Positions 8,127-20,492 of a DNA stretch of 64,000 bases are shown piece by piece. Positions within the stretch are counted from its first letter, which is position 1. Every line of letters begins with the position of its first letter. The notes beneath the pieces are model-generated. The model was not told where the DNA came from. It saw nothing but the letters and a program-made list of their open reading frames with translations, and made no database searches. Made by a program: the position numbers and the translations under genes. The DNA comes from an uncultured Acidimicrobiales bacterium (lineage in GTDB: Bacteria > Actinomycetota > Acidimicrobiia > Acidimicrobiales > UBA10347), in assembly GCA_963925805.1 (NCBI GenBank), contig CAWUSE010000005.1, positions 89,281 to 153,280 on the forward strand. Reading direction: 5' to 3'.

Positions 8127-9521
8127 TTGTCTACACCAGAGACCCTCTGGGCTGCGGTTGCTGACCAACTTCGTTCACAACTTAATGACTCGGTATGGCT
8201 ATCAACCTTTGCCGGGGTGAACACGATCGCAACTCATACTGAGTCGGGGACAACTCATATTCAGCTTGAAGTACCAAGTGTCATCGCAAAGGATCGCATT
8301 AATTCTCGCTATCACGCCTTGGTCCAAGATGCCTTCAACGACGTATGTGGTCCCGGAACGGAGTTCGACGTACTCGTTCTTGTTAGCGAAGCAGATAACA
8401 CCGCTGTTGAATCGCTCCCAACACCTGACTTCACCGCACCCGCTGTATCGGGAGCAAAATCGTCTAGTCAGACTGTCACCGCTGGTTCCCGGGTAAACAA
8501 CCGCTACACCTTCGATCGCTTCGTGACAGGTTCATCGAACCGCTTCGCTCACGCTGCTGCGCTTGCCGTTGCCGAAACACCCTCGCGTTCTTACAATCCG
8601 TTATTTATTCATGGCCATGCTGGTCTGGGCAAGACACACTTGTTGCAAGCCATTGCTCATTATGTCGGCGAGAACTACCCGACCTATCGAGTCTGTTACG
8701 TCACGACCGAAACACTGCTCAGTGAATTCGTTGATGCCATTCGCAGCAATACCACCACTGAATTTAAACGTCGGTACCGCGAAAACGATGTGTTGTTGAT
8801 CGACGACATCCAGTTCCTCGAGGGCAAGGACGCTCTACAAGAAGAACTGTTCCATACCTTTAATACATTGCATCAGGCCGATCGTCAGATCGTGTTGTCT
8901 TCAGACCGCCCTCCCGACGCGATCCCAACTCTTGAAGATCGACTTCGTAGTCGCTTCAAGATGGGCTTGCTCACCGATATTCAGCCGCCGGACGTCGAGA
9001 CGCGTCTTGCTATTCTGCGCACACGCGTCGAAAACGACGCGATCACCATCGATCCTGACATCCTCGACTTCATCGCCAGCAATATCACTAACAACATCCG
9101 TGAACTCGAAGGTGCACTCATTCGTGCCACCGCTTATGCGCAGCTCACCAACGAACCACTAACCCTCGAAGTAGCCAAAAGGGTCTTGTCGGATCTCGTA
9201 CACGAGCCTGAACCACGAATGATCACACCGCCAATGATTCTGAATGAATCTGCTCGGTACTTTGATTTCTCTATTGACGAGCTCTGCGGTGCTAGTCGGC
9301 GACGCCCTTTGGTCAACGCCCGGCAGGTCGCGATGTACGTCATGCGCGAACTCACTGATATGAGCTATCCAGCAATTGCTCGGGAATTCGGTGGCCGCGA
9401 CCACACCACTGTCATTCACTCTGTCGAGAAGATCAAAAAGCTGATCGCTGAGCGCCGACAAGTCTATGACCAGGTCACCGAGCTCATCCAGGTCATCAAA
9501 ACCGGCCGGTCAGCGGCCTAA
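8127..9521 (+). CDS. dnaA: chromosomal replication initiator protein DnaA (TTG start)
   Basis: 464 aa with AAA+ Walker A GHAGLGKTHLL, Walker B LLIDDIQF, and the C-terminal DNA-binding signature RDHTTVIHS. Confidence 0.97.
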   Translation: MSTPETLWAAVADQLRSQLNDSVWLSTFAGVNTIATHTESGTTHIQLEVPSVIAKDRINSRYHALVQDAFNDVCGPGTEFDVLVLVSEADNTAVESLPTPDFTAPAVSGAKSSSQTVTAGSRVNNRYTFDRFVTGSSNRFAHAAALAVAETPSRSYNPLFIHGHAGLGKTHLLQAIAHYVGENYPTYRVCYVTTETLLSEFVDAIRSNTTTEFKRRYRENDVLLIDDIQFLEGKDALQEELFHTFNTLHQADRQIVLSSDRPPDAIPTLEDRLRSRFKMGLLTDIQPPDVETRLAILRTRVENDAITIDPDILDFIASNITNNIRELEGALIRATAYAQLTNEPLTLEVAKRVLSDLVHEPEPRMITPPMILNESARYFDFSIDELCGASRRRPLVNARQVAMYVMRELTDMSYPAIAREFGGRDHTTVIHSVEKIKKLIAERRQVYDQVTELIQVIKTGRSAA

Positions 9522-9524
9522 GCA

Positions 9525-9779
9525 TGACCACATGCAGCCCGCTACCATTCCACAGACCCCAGTGGACACCGTGTGGATGAGCTGTGTACTTCGCGGTCGA
9601 TCCAATGGGTTATCCCACTCGGGGTCAAACCATTCTGCGAAGCTGTGGATACTCCGTCAGGTTTCCCACACCCGACATTCGCATAAAGAGAACGATTTTA
9701 AGGGTTCTCCACAAATCCACAGCACTACTACTACTACTACTAGTTCATAAGAATCCGAGAGAAGAGATTAGGCGCCCCT
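9525..9779. other. candidate oriC: DnaA-box cluster plus AT-rich patch in the dnaA-dnaN spacer
   Basis: At least 7 nonamers fall within 1-2 mismatches of TTATCCACA/TGTGGATAA. Examples are TGTGGATGA 9572-9580, TGTGGATAC 9644-9652, TTCTCCACA 9705-9713 and AAATCCACA 9713-9721. An AT-rich stretch lies at 9681-9700. Confidence 0.75.
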
Positions 9780-10874
9780 GTGAAACTCCGATGTGAGAGA
9801 GACACCCTGGTCGAGGCACTCACCACTGCTGGTCGAGCGGTCTCTGGTCGAGGCGGACAATTACCTGTCCTTTCTGGCCTTTATCTTGTACTGGCTGGTG
9901 ATGAATTAGTCGTTACTGGGAGTGATCTTGAGCTAACCATTGCTCGAACACTTGAAGTCAATGGCGAGGTCGATGGTTCAGCTGTAGTTCCAGCCAAGTT
10001 ATTGATCGATGTTGTTCGATCGTTAGAGCCTGGTGCCATCGAGTTGGATCTCAATGAACTAGATCTAACCATCAGGGGAGGGCGGTCCGAGTTCTCGATA
10101 CGTACGATTCCGACCGACGAGTTCCCACAACTGGTTAGTGCCGAAGGACCTGCAGTCACGATAGAGGCGGCGTCGTTTGTCGCTGCTTTGAGACAGGTTG
10201 TTCCTGCTGCGAGTAGCGATGACTCCCGGCCGATCCTGACCGGCGTTTTGTTAACTCCAAACGAAGGTGGATTGCGTTTAGTAGCGACCGACTCGTACCG
10301 GCTCGCCGTTTCCGATATTCCTGGTGCGTCAATACTTGAGGGCGATCAGTCGGTATTGGTTCCATCTCGAGCATTGGCCGAAGTCAGCCGTGTAGTTGGC
10401 GATGCTCCTGAACTCACGCTCCGCCTAGGTGAAAGCGACGCGGCATTCGCGATTGATGGCCTGGTCGTAACGACCCGCCTGATCGATGGTGATTTTCCAA
10501 AATACGAAGGTTTGATTCCCACAGGCGAGTCAAATTCGCTCAAGGTTAATCGTGAAACCATGCTTGATGCGGTTCGTCGTGTGCGCTTGTTGGCTCAAGA
10601 ATCAACACCATTGCGATTGGTCATGAACAGCGACGGTCTCGAAATCGTTGCGATTACTCAAGATGTGGGCGAAGGCCACGAAACAGTTGACGCGTCCTAC
10701 GACGGCGATGAATTAACAGTTGCTTTCAACCCCGCCTTCTTGGTTGACGGACTTGATGTCGCTCCGGGTGAAGAGATCGCATTGCAGACAATTGATTCGC
10801 TTAAACCAGCAGTCCTGCGTACACCCGGGAATGATAATTTCTTGTACCTTTTGATGCCTGTTCGAGTTCCGTAG
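9780..10874 (+). CDS. dnaN: DNA polymerase III beta sliding clamp (GTG start)
   Basis: 364 aa with the three-domain clamp pattern and the C-terminal LYLLMPVRV motif. It follows dnaA in conserved synteny. Confidence 0.95.
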   Translation: MKLRCERDTLVEALTTAGRAVSGRGGQLPVLSGLYLVLAGDELVVTGSDLELTIARTLEVNGEVDGSAVVPAKLLIDVVRSLEPGAIELDLNELDLTIRGGRSEFSIRTIPTDEFPQLVSAEGPAVTIEAASFVAALRQVVPAASSDDSRPILTGVLLTPNEGGLRLVATDSYRLAVSDIPGASILEGDQSVLVPSRALAEVSRVVGDAPELTLRLGESDAAFAIDGLVVTTRLIDGDFPKYEGLIPTGESNSLKVNRETMLDAVRRVRLLAQESTPLRLVMNSDGLEIVAITQDVGEGHETVDASYDGDELTVAFNPAFLVDGLDVAPGEEIALQTIDSLKPAVLRTPGNDNFLYLLMPVRVP

Positions 10875-10915
10875 GGCCGCGGTAACTCAATAACAGCGCA
10901 GGATGTGGTGCCATC

Positions 10916-11998
10916 ATGCGACTTAGAAAGCTGTGGTTGAAGGACTTTCGAAGTTATTCCGAACTGGATCTCGATCTTCCTGCTGGTCTCACGTGTGTTG
11001 TTGGCGAAAATGGTATTGGAAAGACCAATTTGCTTGAGGCGATTGGTTATCTCATTCATCTCAAGTCATTTCGTGGTGCCGATAACGCGACATTGGTTTC
11101 ACTTGGCGCTGACAGAGCGATTGTTCGAGGCGAAGGCGCGAGCAAGGGGCGCGAGATGCTGATCGAAGCAGAGATTCCACGTTCGGGACGCAGCCGAGTA
11201 CAGGTCAATCGCCAACGGTTACAACGTTCTGCCGATTTGGGAGCTGCAGCTCGTATTTCGGTTTTTGCGCCTGACGATCTCGCCACGATTAAAGGGTCGC
11301 CGGGCTTACGCCGTGATTTTTTGGATGATTCGGTTGTTGCGTTATGGCCGCGTCAAGACGAAACGCGACGCACGCTTGTGCAAGTTCTTCGACAGCGAAA
11401 CGCGTTGTTGCGTCAGCGCGGTGGTCGTTTGGATGCCGATGGATCCATGATGCTTGATATTTGGGACGAGCGCTTGGCTGCTGCCGGCGAAGCAATGGGT
11501 ACCGCACGCGTGTCGCTCGTCAATGATCTGTCTCCATATGTCGATCGGGCGTACAAGCAACTCTCTCGTCGTGATGACTCAGTCAGCCTTCACTACGAAC
11601 CGTTGTGGTTTAGCCAGGGGCTGGAGGCGGCTCTGAAAGACACTCGGAAGGAAGACTTGCGTCGAGGTACGAGCCTGGTCGGTCCCCATCGCGATGATCT
11701 TGGTGTGTTGCTTAATGGGGCGCCGAGCCGCAGCCATGCATCTCAGGGGGAACAACGCACGTTGGCGTTATCGCTTCGTCTTGGTGTTCATTTGTTGTTG
11801 ACCGAACGCCATGGTGAGCCCCCACTACTGCTACTTGACGATGTTTTTAGCGAACTCGATCGTTTTCGTACGGCAGCTCTTTTTGAGGCACTTCCCGTTG
11901 GTCAGGCTCTTCTAACAACCGCAGTAGCACTGCCTGTGGGGGCAGATCCGGCGTTACTCCTTGAAGCTATTCCGGGCACGGTGAGAACACTTTCATAG
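10916..11998 (+). CDS. recF: DNA replication/repair protein RecF
   Basis: Walker A GENGIGKTNLLEA, the SMC-like signature SQGEQRTLALSLRL, and Walker B LLLLDDVFSELD. Confidence 0.93.
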   Translation: MRLRKLWLKDFRSYSELDLDLPAGLTCVVGENGIGKTNLLEAIGYLIHLKSFRGADNATLVSLGADRAIVRGEGASKGREMLIEAEIPRSGRSRVQVNRQRLQRSADLGAAARISVFAPDDLATIKGSPGLRRDFLDDSVVALWPRQDETRRTLVQVLRQRNALLRQRGGRLDADGSMMLDIWDERLAAAGEAMGTARVSLVNDLSPYVDRAYKQLSRRDDSVSLHYEPLWFSQGLEAALKDTRKEDLRRGTSLVGPHRDDLGVLLNGAPSRSHASQGEQRTLALSLRLGVHLLLTERHGEPPLLLLDDVFSELDRFRTAALFEALPVGQALLTTAVALPVGADPALLLEAIPGTVRTLS

Positions 11999-12169
11999 CG
12001 TTTGGTGCTAATGACGTTTGCCGGGAGGTGGTTGTTACCCGGCGTTTGTGTTTTTTTGCATGCTGCTAGCGTGAATAGCGTGAACGATTCACGGCCAGGC
12101 TGGCCCCCCTCTGGGAGGAAGCCCCGGGGATGGACGCCGCTGCCATCGCATAACAAGGCGCCGACACCG

Positions 12170-12439
12170 ATGAGGTCCGCTCTGGACAACCTGGCGTCGA
12201 CCTTGGGTCTTACCAATGTGGACAGCATTAATGCTCTGTTTGTTGATTGGCCGGAAATCGTCGGTGAGCAACTGGCGAAGCACTGTGTTCCGCGTTCACT
12301 TCGTGACCAGGTTTTGACGATTGAGGCCAGCGATCAGCAGTGGGCAACCGAGTTGAAGTGGATGACGTCATTACTAATTGAGCGGTGTTGTGACGCGCTA
12401 GGGCTAGACGCGGTGACCGAAGTACGAATCATTCGCTGA
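12170..12439 (+). CDS. DUF721 protein (DciA / Rv0004-like); the ORF is open from 12002 but ATG 12170 is the more likely start
   Basis: It holds the recF-gyrB position, which DUF721/DciA occupies in actinobacteria. The size and the W-rich C-terminal part fit (DQQWATELKW). Confidence 0.7.
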   Translation: MRSALDNLASTLGLTNVDSINALFVDWPEIVGEQLAKHCVPRSLRDQVLTIEASDQQWATELKWMTSLLIERCCDALGLDAVTEVRIIR

Positions 12440-12644
12440 GAACGGCTATTTTTAGCCAAAATCAGCGGTGTAACTGGTGCGGAATTGCTTGGTTGATTTG
12501 CCAGACACTGTCACAGCTAAGTGGTAGAATTACAACACTAAAATTACTCAGTTTTTGATTGGTTTTAGCTTCGCATTGTGCCAGATTCGGCACCATGCGC
12601 TTCACCCTGCGGAGTGGGGGTCATCGCGGTGAACGCCATGGTGA

Positions 12645-14741
<2,097 letters not shown>

Positions 14742-14852
14742 GGGGCGTACGTCTTTATTCGCGGCGCTTGCAAACTCTGTCGACGGTGCGCCCGTCGACG
14801 GTCCTGGCAAGTCAAGCCCTTAGCCCTGAGCCAACCCCACTGAGAGAGCCTC

Positions 14853-17519
14853 ATGAGTGACACCACCAATAACGACACACCTAATAACGACGATCCCGAA
14901 GAGCCTGGCGATGGTGACGATGGCGCCATTCGCGTCAATGTCGAACCAATCACTATCCAAAGGGAGATGGAGAATTCGTTCCTCGACTATGCCATGTCGG
15001 TCATCGTGTCTCGGGCCCTGCCCGACGTGCGCGATGGTCTAAAGCCGGTACACCGACGCATCATATGGTCGATGTCCGATAGTGGGTTCCGGCCCGATCG
15101 GTCCCACGTAAAATGTGCTCGTGTCGTGGGCGATGTCATGGGTAAGTATCACCCGCACGGGGATAGTGCTATCTATGACTCTTTGGTGCGTATGGGGCAG
15201 ACATTTTCACTGCGACATCCGCTGATTGATCCTCATGGGAACTTTGGATCACCAAATGACCCGCCGGCAGCTATGCGCTACACCGAATGTCGGTTGTCGA
15301 ACCTTGCCATGCGTCTGATCGACGGCATTGATGAGAACACCGTCGACTTCAGTGACAACTTCGATGGAACCGAAGAAGAACCATCGGTGTTACCGGCAAA
15401 ATTCCCGAATCTGTTGGTCAACGGCAGCCAAGGTATTGCTGTTGGAATGGCCACCAGCATCCCGCCGCACAATCTGGGTGAAGTTTGCGATGCCACCCTG
15501 CATCTGATTCAGAATCCCGACGCGACCGTCGAAGACATGATGCAATTCGTTAAGGCACCAGATTTTCCAACCGGTGGTCTGATTCTGGGGGCCCGCGGCA
15601 TTCATGACGCCTACACGACGGGACGCGGATCAATCCGGATGCGAGCCGTCGCTGAAATTGTCGAGAGTAAGACCGGCACGCCGTGGATCGTGGTTACCGA
15701 AATCCCGTACCAAACCAGTGTCGAAGTTATTGAAGAAAAAGCTGCCGCCATGGTGAACAGCGGCCGACTCGAAGGCATTCGTACCATCCGGAACGAATCA
15801 GCCAAGGGCAAGACTCGGCTGGTATTTGAGCTGCGACGCGATGCAGTTCCCAAGGTTGTGCTGAACAACCTATTTAAGTACACGCCACTACAGACCACAT
15901 TCAGCGTGAACATGGTTGCCCTCGACGACGGTGTGCCTCGCACACTCAACCTGCTGCAGGTGTTGCAGGCCTATGTCGCTCACCAGGTCGAGGTCATCAG
16001 TCGTCGCTCACAGTTCCGCTTGGATAAAGCTCGGGCTCGAGCTCACATTCTCGAAGGCCTGCTTAAGGCGATCGGCATGATTGACGACATCATCGCGTTG
16101 ATCCGTAGGTCCGAGAACCGCTCCGCAGCGCGCGATGCTTTGCAGGTCGCTCCATTCGAGTTTTCTGAAGTCCAAGCCACGCACATTCTTGACATGCCAC
16201 TTGGCCGCTTGACCCAACTCGGCCATGCTGATCTTCAGACCGAACTTAACGAGTTGGCGCAGACGATCGCTGATCTCGAAGATATTCTGAGCAATCCGGT
16301 TCGACTTCGCGAAGTGATCTCGTTTGAGCTGACCGAAGTACGCGACGGTTATGCCAATCCGCGTCGAACCGAACTAACCATCGATCCTGGCGAATTCGAT
16401 ATCGAAGATCTGATCGACGATGAAGAACTGATCTTCACTCTGACCGACGGCGGTTACGTTAAGACCACCCCAGCCGACGAGTTTCGCACGCAGAGTCGTG
16501 GTGGACGCGGCGTCAAGGGTGCCCAGTTAAAAGAAGGCGACTTGGTCGAGGTCATGCTGCATACAACAGCACATGCCTACATGTTGTTCTTCACGAACCT
16601 TGGACGCGTGTTCCAGCTTCGGGCGCACGAGATCCCGGTGCAGAGCCGAACCGCTCGTGGAACACCCATCGTGAACCTTTTGCAACTTGGCCCTGAAGAA
16701 ACCGTGATGGCGGTCGTTGACACGCGTGACTACGAGACCATGCGCTACCTGTTCTTCGTAACCCAAGAAGGGGTTGTCAAGAAGACCGCCTTTAGCGCCT
16801 ATGCAAATATTCGCCAGAATGGTCTGCGTGCCATCAAGATGCGCGAAGACGATCAGCTGGTACGGGTTGTGCCGATCAATGGAGAGATCGATGTGTGCTT
16901 GGTTACCAAGAACGGCCGCCTCATGCGTTTCGATCCCAACGAAGTTCGCGAGATGGGCCGTGTCGCATCCGGTGTTCGCGGCGTCAAGCTCAAAGAGGGC
17001 GACAAGGTCGTGTCGTGTTCTGTGGCTAGCGAGGATCAGGACTTGTTGCTGATTTCTAGCGAAGGATTTGGCAAACGAACTCATTTCGATGCCTTTAACT
17101 CGAAACATCGTGGAGGGCAAGGTGTGACCGCTATGAAGATGCGTGATGGCAACGGCGAAGTCGTTCGAGCTCTTGGGGTGCTTCCCGACGACGAGGCCAT
17201 GTTGATAGCGAAGAGCGGCATCATTATTCGCATCGCTATCGGCGACGTGTCGGTGCAAGGGCCACATGCCTCTGGCGTGCGAGTCATGTCGGTTCCTGAT
17301 GATGATCAAGTCGCAGCCGTGACTCTGGTTCGCGAACCTGAAGGCGACGACGAGGCCAGTCCTGGCGACGAGGTTTCTGTCGACGGGATTTCTGATGGCA
17401 CAGTCTCCAACGACACAGGTTCTGCTGTTAATGCTGATGCCGAACCAGGGGCAGTCGCTGTTGACAGTCGTGATTCGGTGACCGAAGATACTGACTCGTC
17501 ATCTGACGAGGACAAGTAG
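14853..17519 (+). CDS. gyrA: DNA gyrase subunit A with an acidic C-terminal tail
   Basis: 888 aa. The catalytic region contains AAMRYTE (active-site Tyr) and the QRDR-like [16 protein letters not shown]-terminal beta-pinwheel repeats are present. Confidence 0.97.
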   Translation: MSDTTNNDTPNNDDPEEPGDGDDGAIRVNVEPITIQREMENSFLDYAMSVIVSRALPDVRDGLKPVHRRIIWSMSDSGFRPDRSHVKCARVVGDVMGKYHPHGDSAIYDSLVRMGQTFSLRHPLIDPHGNFGSPNDPPAAMRYTECRLSNLAMRLIDGIDENTVDFSDNFDGTEEEPSVLPAKFPNLLVNGSQGIAVGMATSIPPHNLGEVCDATLHLIQNPDATVEDMMQFVKAPDFPTGGLILGARGIHDAYTTGRGSIRMRAVAEIVESKTGTPWIVVTEIPYQTSVEVIEEKAAAMVNSGRLEGIRTIRNESAKGKTRLVFELRRDAVPKVVLNNLFKYTPLQTTFSVNMVALDDGVPRTLNLLQVLQAYVAHQVEVISRRSQFRLDKARARAHILEGLLKAIGMIDDIIALIRRSENRSAARDALQVAPFEFSEVQATHILDMPLGRLTQLGHADLQTELNELAQTIADLEDILSNPVRLREVISFELTEVRDGYANPRRTELTIDPGEFDIEDLIDDEELIFTLTDGGYVKTTPADEFRTQSRGGRGVKGAQLKEGDLVEVMLHTTAHAYMLFFTNLGRVFQLRAHEIPVQSRTARGTPIVNLLQLGPEETVMAVVDTRDYETMRYLFFVTQEGVVKKTAFSAYANIRQNGLRAIKMREDDQLVRVVPINGEIDVCLVTKNGRLMRFDPNEVREMGRVASGVRGVKLKEGDKVVSCSVASEDQDLLLISSEGFGKRTHFDAFNSKHRGGQGVTAMKMRDGNGEVVRALGVLPDDEAMLIAKSGIIIRIAIGDVSVQGPHASGVRVMSVPDDDQVAAVTLVREPEGDDEASPGDEVSVDGISDGTVSNDTGSAVNADAEPGAVAVDSRDSVTEDTDSSSDEDK

Positions 17520-17565
17520 CCACTACATCTGCTTCCCCAATGACAAGTTATGTCTCGGGGAAACA

Positions 17566-18108
17566 ATGTGTAACTCATCTGAATTAGCTACTACGGGGTC
17601 GACTGTCGGGCGTGCCGAACGTGGGCAAGCCACGATTGCACTCGTCGGTATCCTCGCGGTTGCTTGCGTTGCCATGATCGGGTTGTCGATTGTTGGGCAG
17701 GCAATCGTGCATCGCGCGCGGTCTCGCAATGCTGCTGATGCGGTCGCGTTAGCAGCAGCAATCGACCAGACCGATGCTGACGCACTCAGAGACTGGTATT
17801 TCCAACGAAATATTTTGGTCGAAGAGAACGGGGTGCAGACGATCGCGCGGAGTGGGCCGTCACAAGCCGCAGCATGGGCATCAACCCAGCGGTCAATAAC
17901 CAAACCGGCGCCAGTGCTAATCGCCATAGTTTCTCGTGCGGAACAATTAGTTGGCGCAATTTTTATGCCTGTTCAGTGGCAGGCCATGGCGGTGACGCTC
18001 TCTCACGTAGACGCAGCGAACATGCTAATTGTGGCTGGTGAATTGGGCTTGTGCGAGGGTCTCGCTATAGACACGGCGCCCGGTATGACGAGGTTCGAAT
18101 TGTGTTGA
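17566..18108 (+). CDS. hypothetical protein with a TadE-like (Rv3654c-type) N-terminal pseudopilin-like segment
   Basis: The pattern ERGQATIALVGILAVACVAMIGLSIVGQAIVHRARSRNAADAVALAAA resembles the DRGSATV...RHRA..AAD.AALAAA pattern of TadE-like proteins. This is from memory and was not searched. Confidence 0.5.
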   Translation: MCNSSELATTGSTVGRAERGQATIALVGILAVACVAMIGLSIVGQAIVHRARSRNAADAVALAAAIDQTDADALRDWYFQRNILVEENGVQTIARSGPSQAAAWASTQRSITKPAPVLIAIVSRAEQLVGAIFMPVQWQAMAVTLSHVDAANMLIVAGELGLCEGLAIDTAPGMTRFELC

Positions 18109-18151
18109 TTCCGAGGGGTGAGCCCAAAGGAGTGCGCCTCTTGTCGTAGAC

Positions 18152-18823
18152 TTGCGGGCTGTGGCAGACAATGAGCCAACGAAGACCGTTGATGATCCGA
18201 CCTCTAGCGATGGTGAATCCGTCGAAGACGGAGTCCAGTCAGCCAGTTTTTCGTATGACGAGCAGACGCTTGGACGTTCGACCAGTGTGTTTGATGCAGG
18301 AGTGGACTTCATTCCGCCAACGGTGCCGCCTGTGGCCCCTGCCTCTGGGGCGCCTGCTTCTGTGACGCCTGCGCCAACACGTGAACGGCCGATGACTGTT
18401 CGCGAGCGACGGCGCCGTGTCAAACTCCAAGCTCGACGAGTCCGACGGGTGATCCGCCACATCGAGCTGTGGTCGGTGCTCAAGTTCAGCCTGTTGTTCT
18501 ATTTTTGTCTTTGGCTAATCTTTGTGCTCGCTGGCGTGTTGTTGTGGAGTTTCGCTGAGAGCTCAGGAACCCTCCAAAGCATCGAAGATTTGGTTGAGAG
18601 CTTGTTTGCACTTGACGAGGCTGAAAACTTCTGGAGCGGCGGCACGATATTTCGTGCGTATGGCGTCATGACATTGGCCCTTTCGATTGCCGGTGTGACC
18701 TTTAATGTGTTGCTGGCTGCGCTGTACAACCTGATCAGTGACCTGACTGGTGGCATTCGCATCACGGTGATCGAAGAAGAGTCGGCACGCTTCACTCCGC
18801 CAAAGCGGCGCCAACGCCGGTAA
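18152..18823 (+). CDS. DUF3566 membrane protein (Rv0007-like, conserved downstream of gyrA)
   Basis: A Pro/Ala-rich N-terminus is followed by an R-rich segment and two TM helices (WSVLKFSLLFYFCLWLIFVLAGVLLW). Its position after gyrA matches actinobacterial synteny. Confidence 0.8.
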   Translation: MRAVADNEPTKTVDDPTSSDGESVEDGVQSASFSYDEQTLGRSTSVFDAGVDFIPPTVPPVAPASGAPASVTPAPTRERPMTVRERRRRVKLQARRVRRVIRHIELWSVLKFSLLFYFCLWLIFVLAGVLLWSFAESSGTLQSIEDLVESLFALDEAENFWSGGTIFRAYGVMTLALSIAGVTFNVLLAALYNLISDLTGGIRITVIEEESARFTPPKRRQRR

Positions 18824-18929
18824 CGGGTAGTGAAGGGTTTTGTCTCATTCTCCGACAAGAACCTGTCCGAGCTGAGAGCCTAATGCTTGGGGCAGCTGGG
18901 GGTTTAAGGCTTCGCGAGGTCCGTCGTCA

Positions 18930-18982
18930 AAACTAAATAAGGAGCCTGATGCCCCAGATGGGTGCATCACGCTCCTAATTTT
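18930..18982. terminator. bidirectional intrinsic terminator candidate between the DUF3566 gene (+) and tRNA-Ile (-)
   Basis: Long hairpin AGGAGCcTGATGC...GCATCAcGCTCCT at 18940-18976. It is flanked by an A-rich run (AAAACTAAATA) on the left and AATTTT on the right. Confidence 0.5.
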
Positions 18983-18994
18983 CAGCGCTGTTCG

Positions 18995-19068
<74 letters not shown>

Positions 19069-19140
19069 GAACAGTGCGGCGTCATCGTAGCGGGATCAAT
19101 CCGCTCGACCACCCTGTTTTTAGGCGAGTAGCCTTACGAC

Positions 19141-19296
19141 ATGTTTATGATGTTTCGACGAGCTGTTTTTGGCGCTGCGATTGCTGCGATGACGGCGGCA
19201 ATTTTGCGTATATTTGGTGGTGACGGTGCGCCGCCCCAACGCGGTGGTTGGCGTGAGGTTGACCCGAGCGAACTTCAACCGATCAAGATCAACTGA
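19141..19296 (+). CDS. possible small membrane protein (51 aa)
   Basis: My manual translation gives MFMMFRRAVFGAAIAAMTAAILRIFGGDGAPPQRGGWREVDPSELQPIKIN. It has one hydrophobic helix. It is below the ORF-track cutoff and I recognise no homology. Confidence 0.3.
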   Translation: MFMMFRRAVFGAAIAAMTAAILRIFGGDGAPPQRGGWREVDPSELQPIKIN

Positions 19297-19307
19297 GTAG
19301 TCTTCTC

Positions 19308-20384
19308 GTGCAGATTGCTGTCGTCGGAGCGGGTTTGGTTGGACGGCGAACTGCCATGGCGCTTGTGGCCCACGGTTTTAACAATGTTGCCTTGCTATCG
19401 CAAACTCGCGAAGCCAAGACCTGTGATGGTGTCATCGTTGGACAAGGATGGCCGCACCCGGCTGCCCAAGATGCTGACATCGTCGTGTTGGCGACAGAGT
19501 CGGCCCGTCAGCCTGCGATGGCTATTCAGTTAGTGAAATCTGGAATCCATGTTGTTACCACGGCAGACAACCCGGCTGACATCGAAAGGCTGTGGGCGTT
19601 AGATGACATCGCAACCGAAGCAGGCGTCACTCTCGTGATTGGTGCTGCCTACTCGCCTGGCCTATCGACACTGTTGGCGAGTTATCTTGTTCGGACCTTA
19701 GACACGGTGGACACCATCAGTACTGCGCAGTTCGGCACCGGTGGCCCAGCGTGCGCTCACGAGCATCATCGAGCGATGGGGAGTTCCGCACGTGAAGTTC
19801 ACGAGGGTGTCCTTCGAACCTCGCGCGGGGGTTCAGGACGTGAACTGGTGTGGTTTCCTGATCCTGTAGGAGCCGCAGACTGTTATCGGGCTGGTTTGGC
19901 CGATCCATTTTTGTTGCACCAGGCCTTCCCGACTGTGCGCCGGATTGAGTCGCGCCAAGCGGCGACTCGCCGAGATCGACTGACATCGCGTCTCTTCATG
20001 TTGCGCCCGCCTCACGTCGAGGGCTTGCTTGGCGCTGTTTGGGCCGAAGTGCGTGGCCATGTTGATGGGCGCGCCGAACATCGGGCAATGGCCGTGACGG
20101 CGCCACAAGCAACAGGTGCCGCAGCTATGGCTGCAGCATTTTGTAAAGAACTAGCAGGTCAACTGTCTCGCGAGGATGGCGAGCGATCGATTCGGGTGGG
20201 TTCTCAATCAGCCGCTTCTAGCGGGAATCTAATCTCACTAATCAAACTTGTATCCAATGATGTTCGTCTTTGGACGTATGACGGAACACAGATACTGACT
20301 ACTTCGGGTGAAACAGGGCCTATACAGGCTGCCCGAAAGTGGAGAATTCCAGGAGAAAACGGCGTAATACCGAGGTTGCTATGA
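19308..20384 (+). CDS. NAD(P)-binding Rossmann-fold protein, saccharopine dehydrogenase-like (GTG start)
   Basis: N-terminal IAVVGAGLVGRR dinucleotide-binding motif. The overall length and composition resemble saccharopine dehydrogenase-family proteins. Confidence 0.5.
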   Translation: MQIAVVGAGLVGRRTAMALVAHGFNNVALLSQTREAKTCDGVIVGQGWPHPAAQDADIVVLATESARQPAMAIQLVKSGIHVVTTADNPADIERLWALDDIATEAGVTLVIGAAYSPGLSTLLASYLVRTLDTVDTISTAQFGTGGPACAHEHHRAMGSSAREVHEGVLRTSRGGSGRELVWFPDPVGAADCYRAGLADPFLLHQAFPTVRRIESRQAATRRDRLTSRLFMLRPPHVEGLLGAVWAEVRGHVDGRAEHRAMAVTAPQATGAAAMAAAFCKELAGQLSREDGERSIRVGSQSAASSGNLISLIKLVSNDVRLWTYDGTQILTTSGETGPIQAARKWRIPGENGVIPRLL

Positions 20385-20492
20385 CAATTCATTGCGCGAA
20401 AAGGTAGTTTTTCTTCAAGGAGTAGGCCATTTAGCCAATTACTTACCTCGCGTGGAGGCTCATACGAATACAGTATTGAGCCACGGGATGCC

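Noticed and set aside
16527-17309. 260-aa minus-strand ORF inside gyrA
   Set aside because: It is antisense to the gyrA C-terminal domain. Its composition is His/Arg-rich with no domain signature, so I treat it as a shadow ORF.
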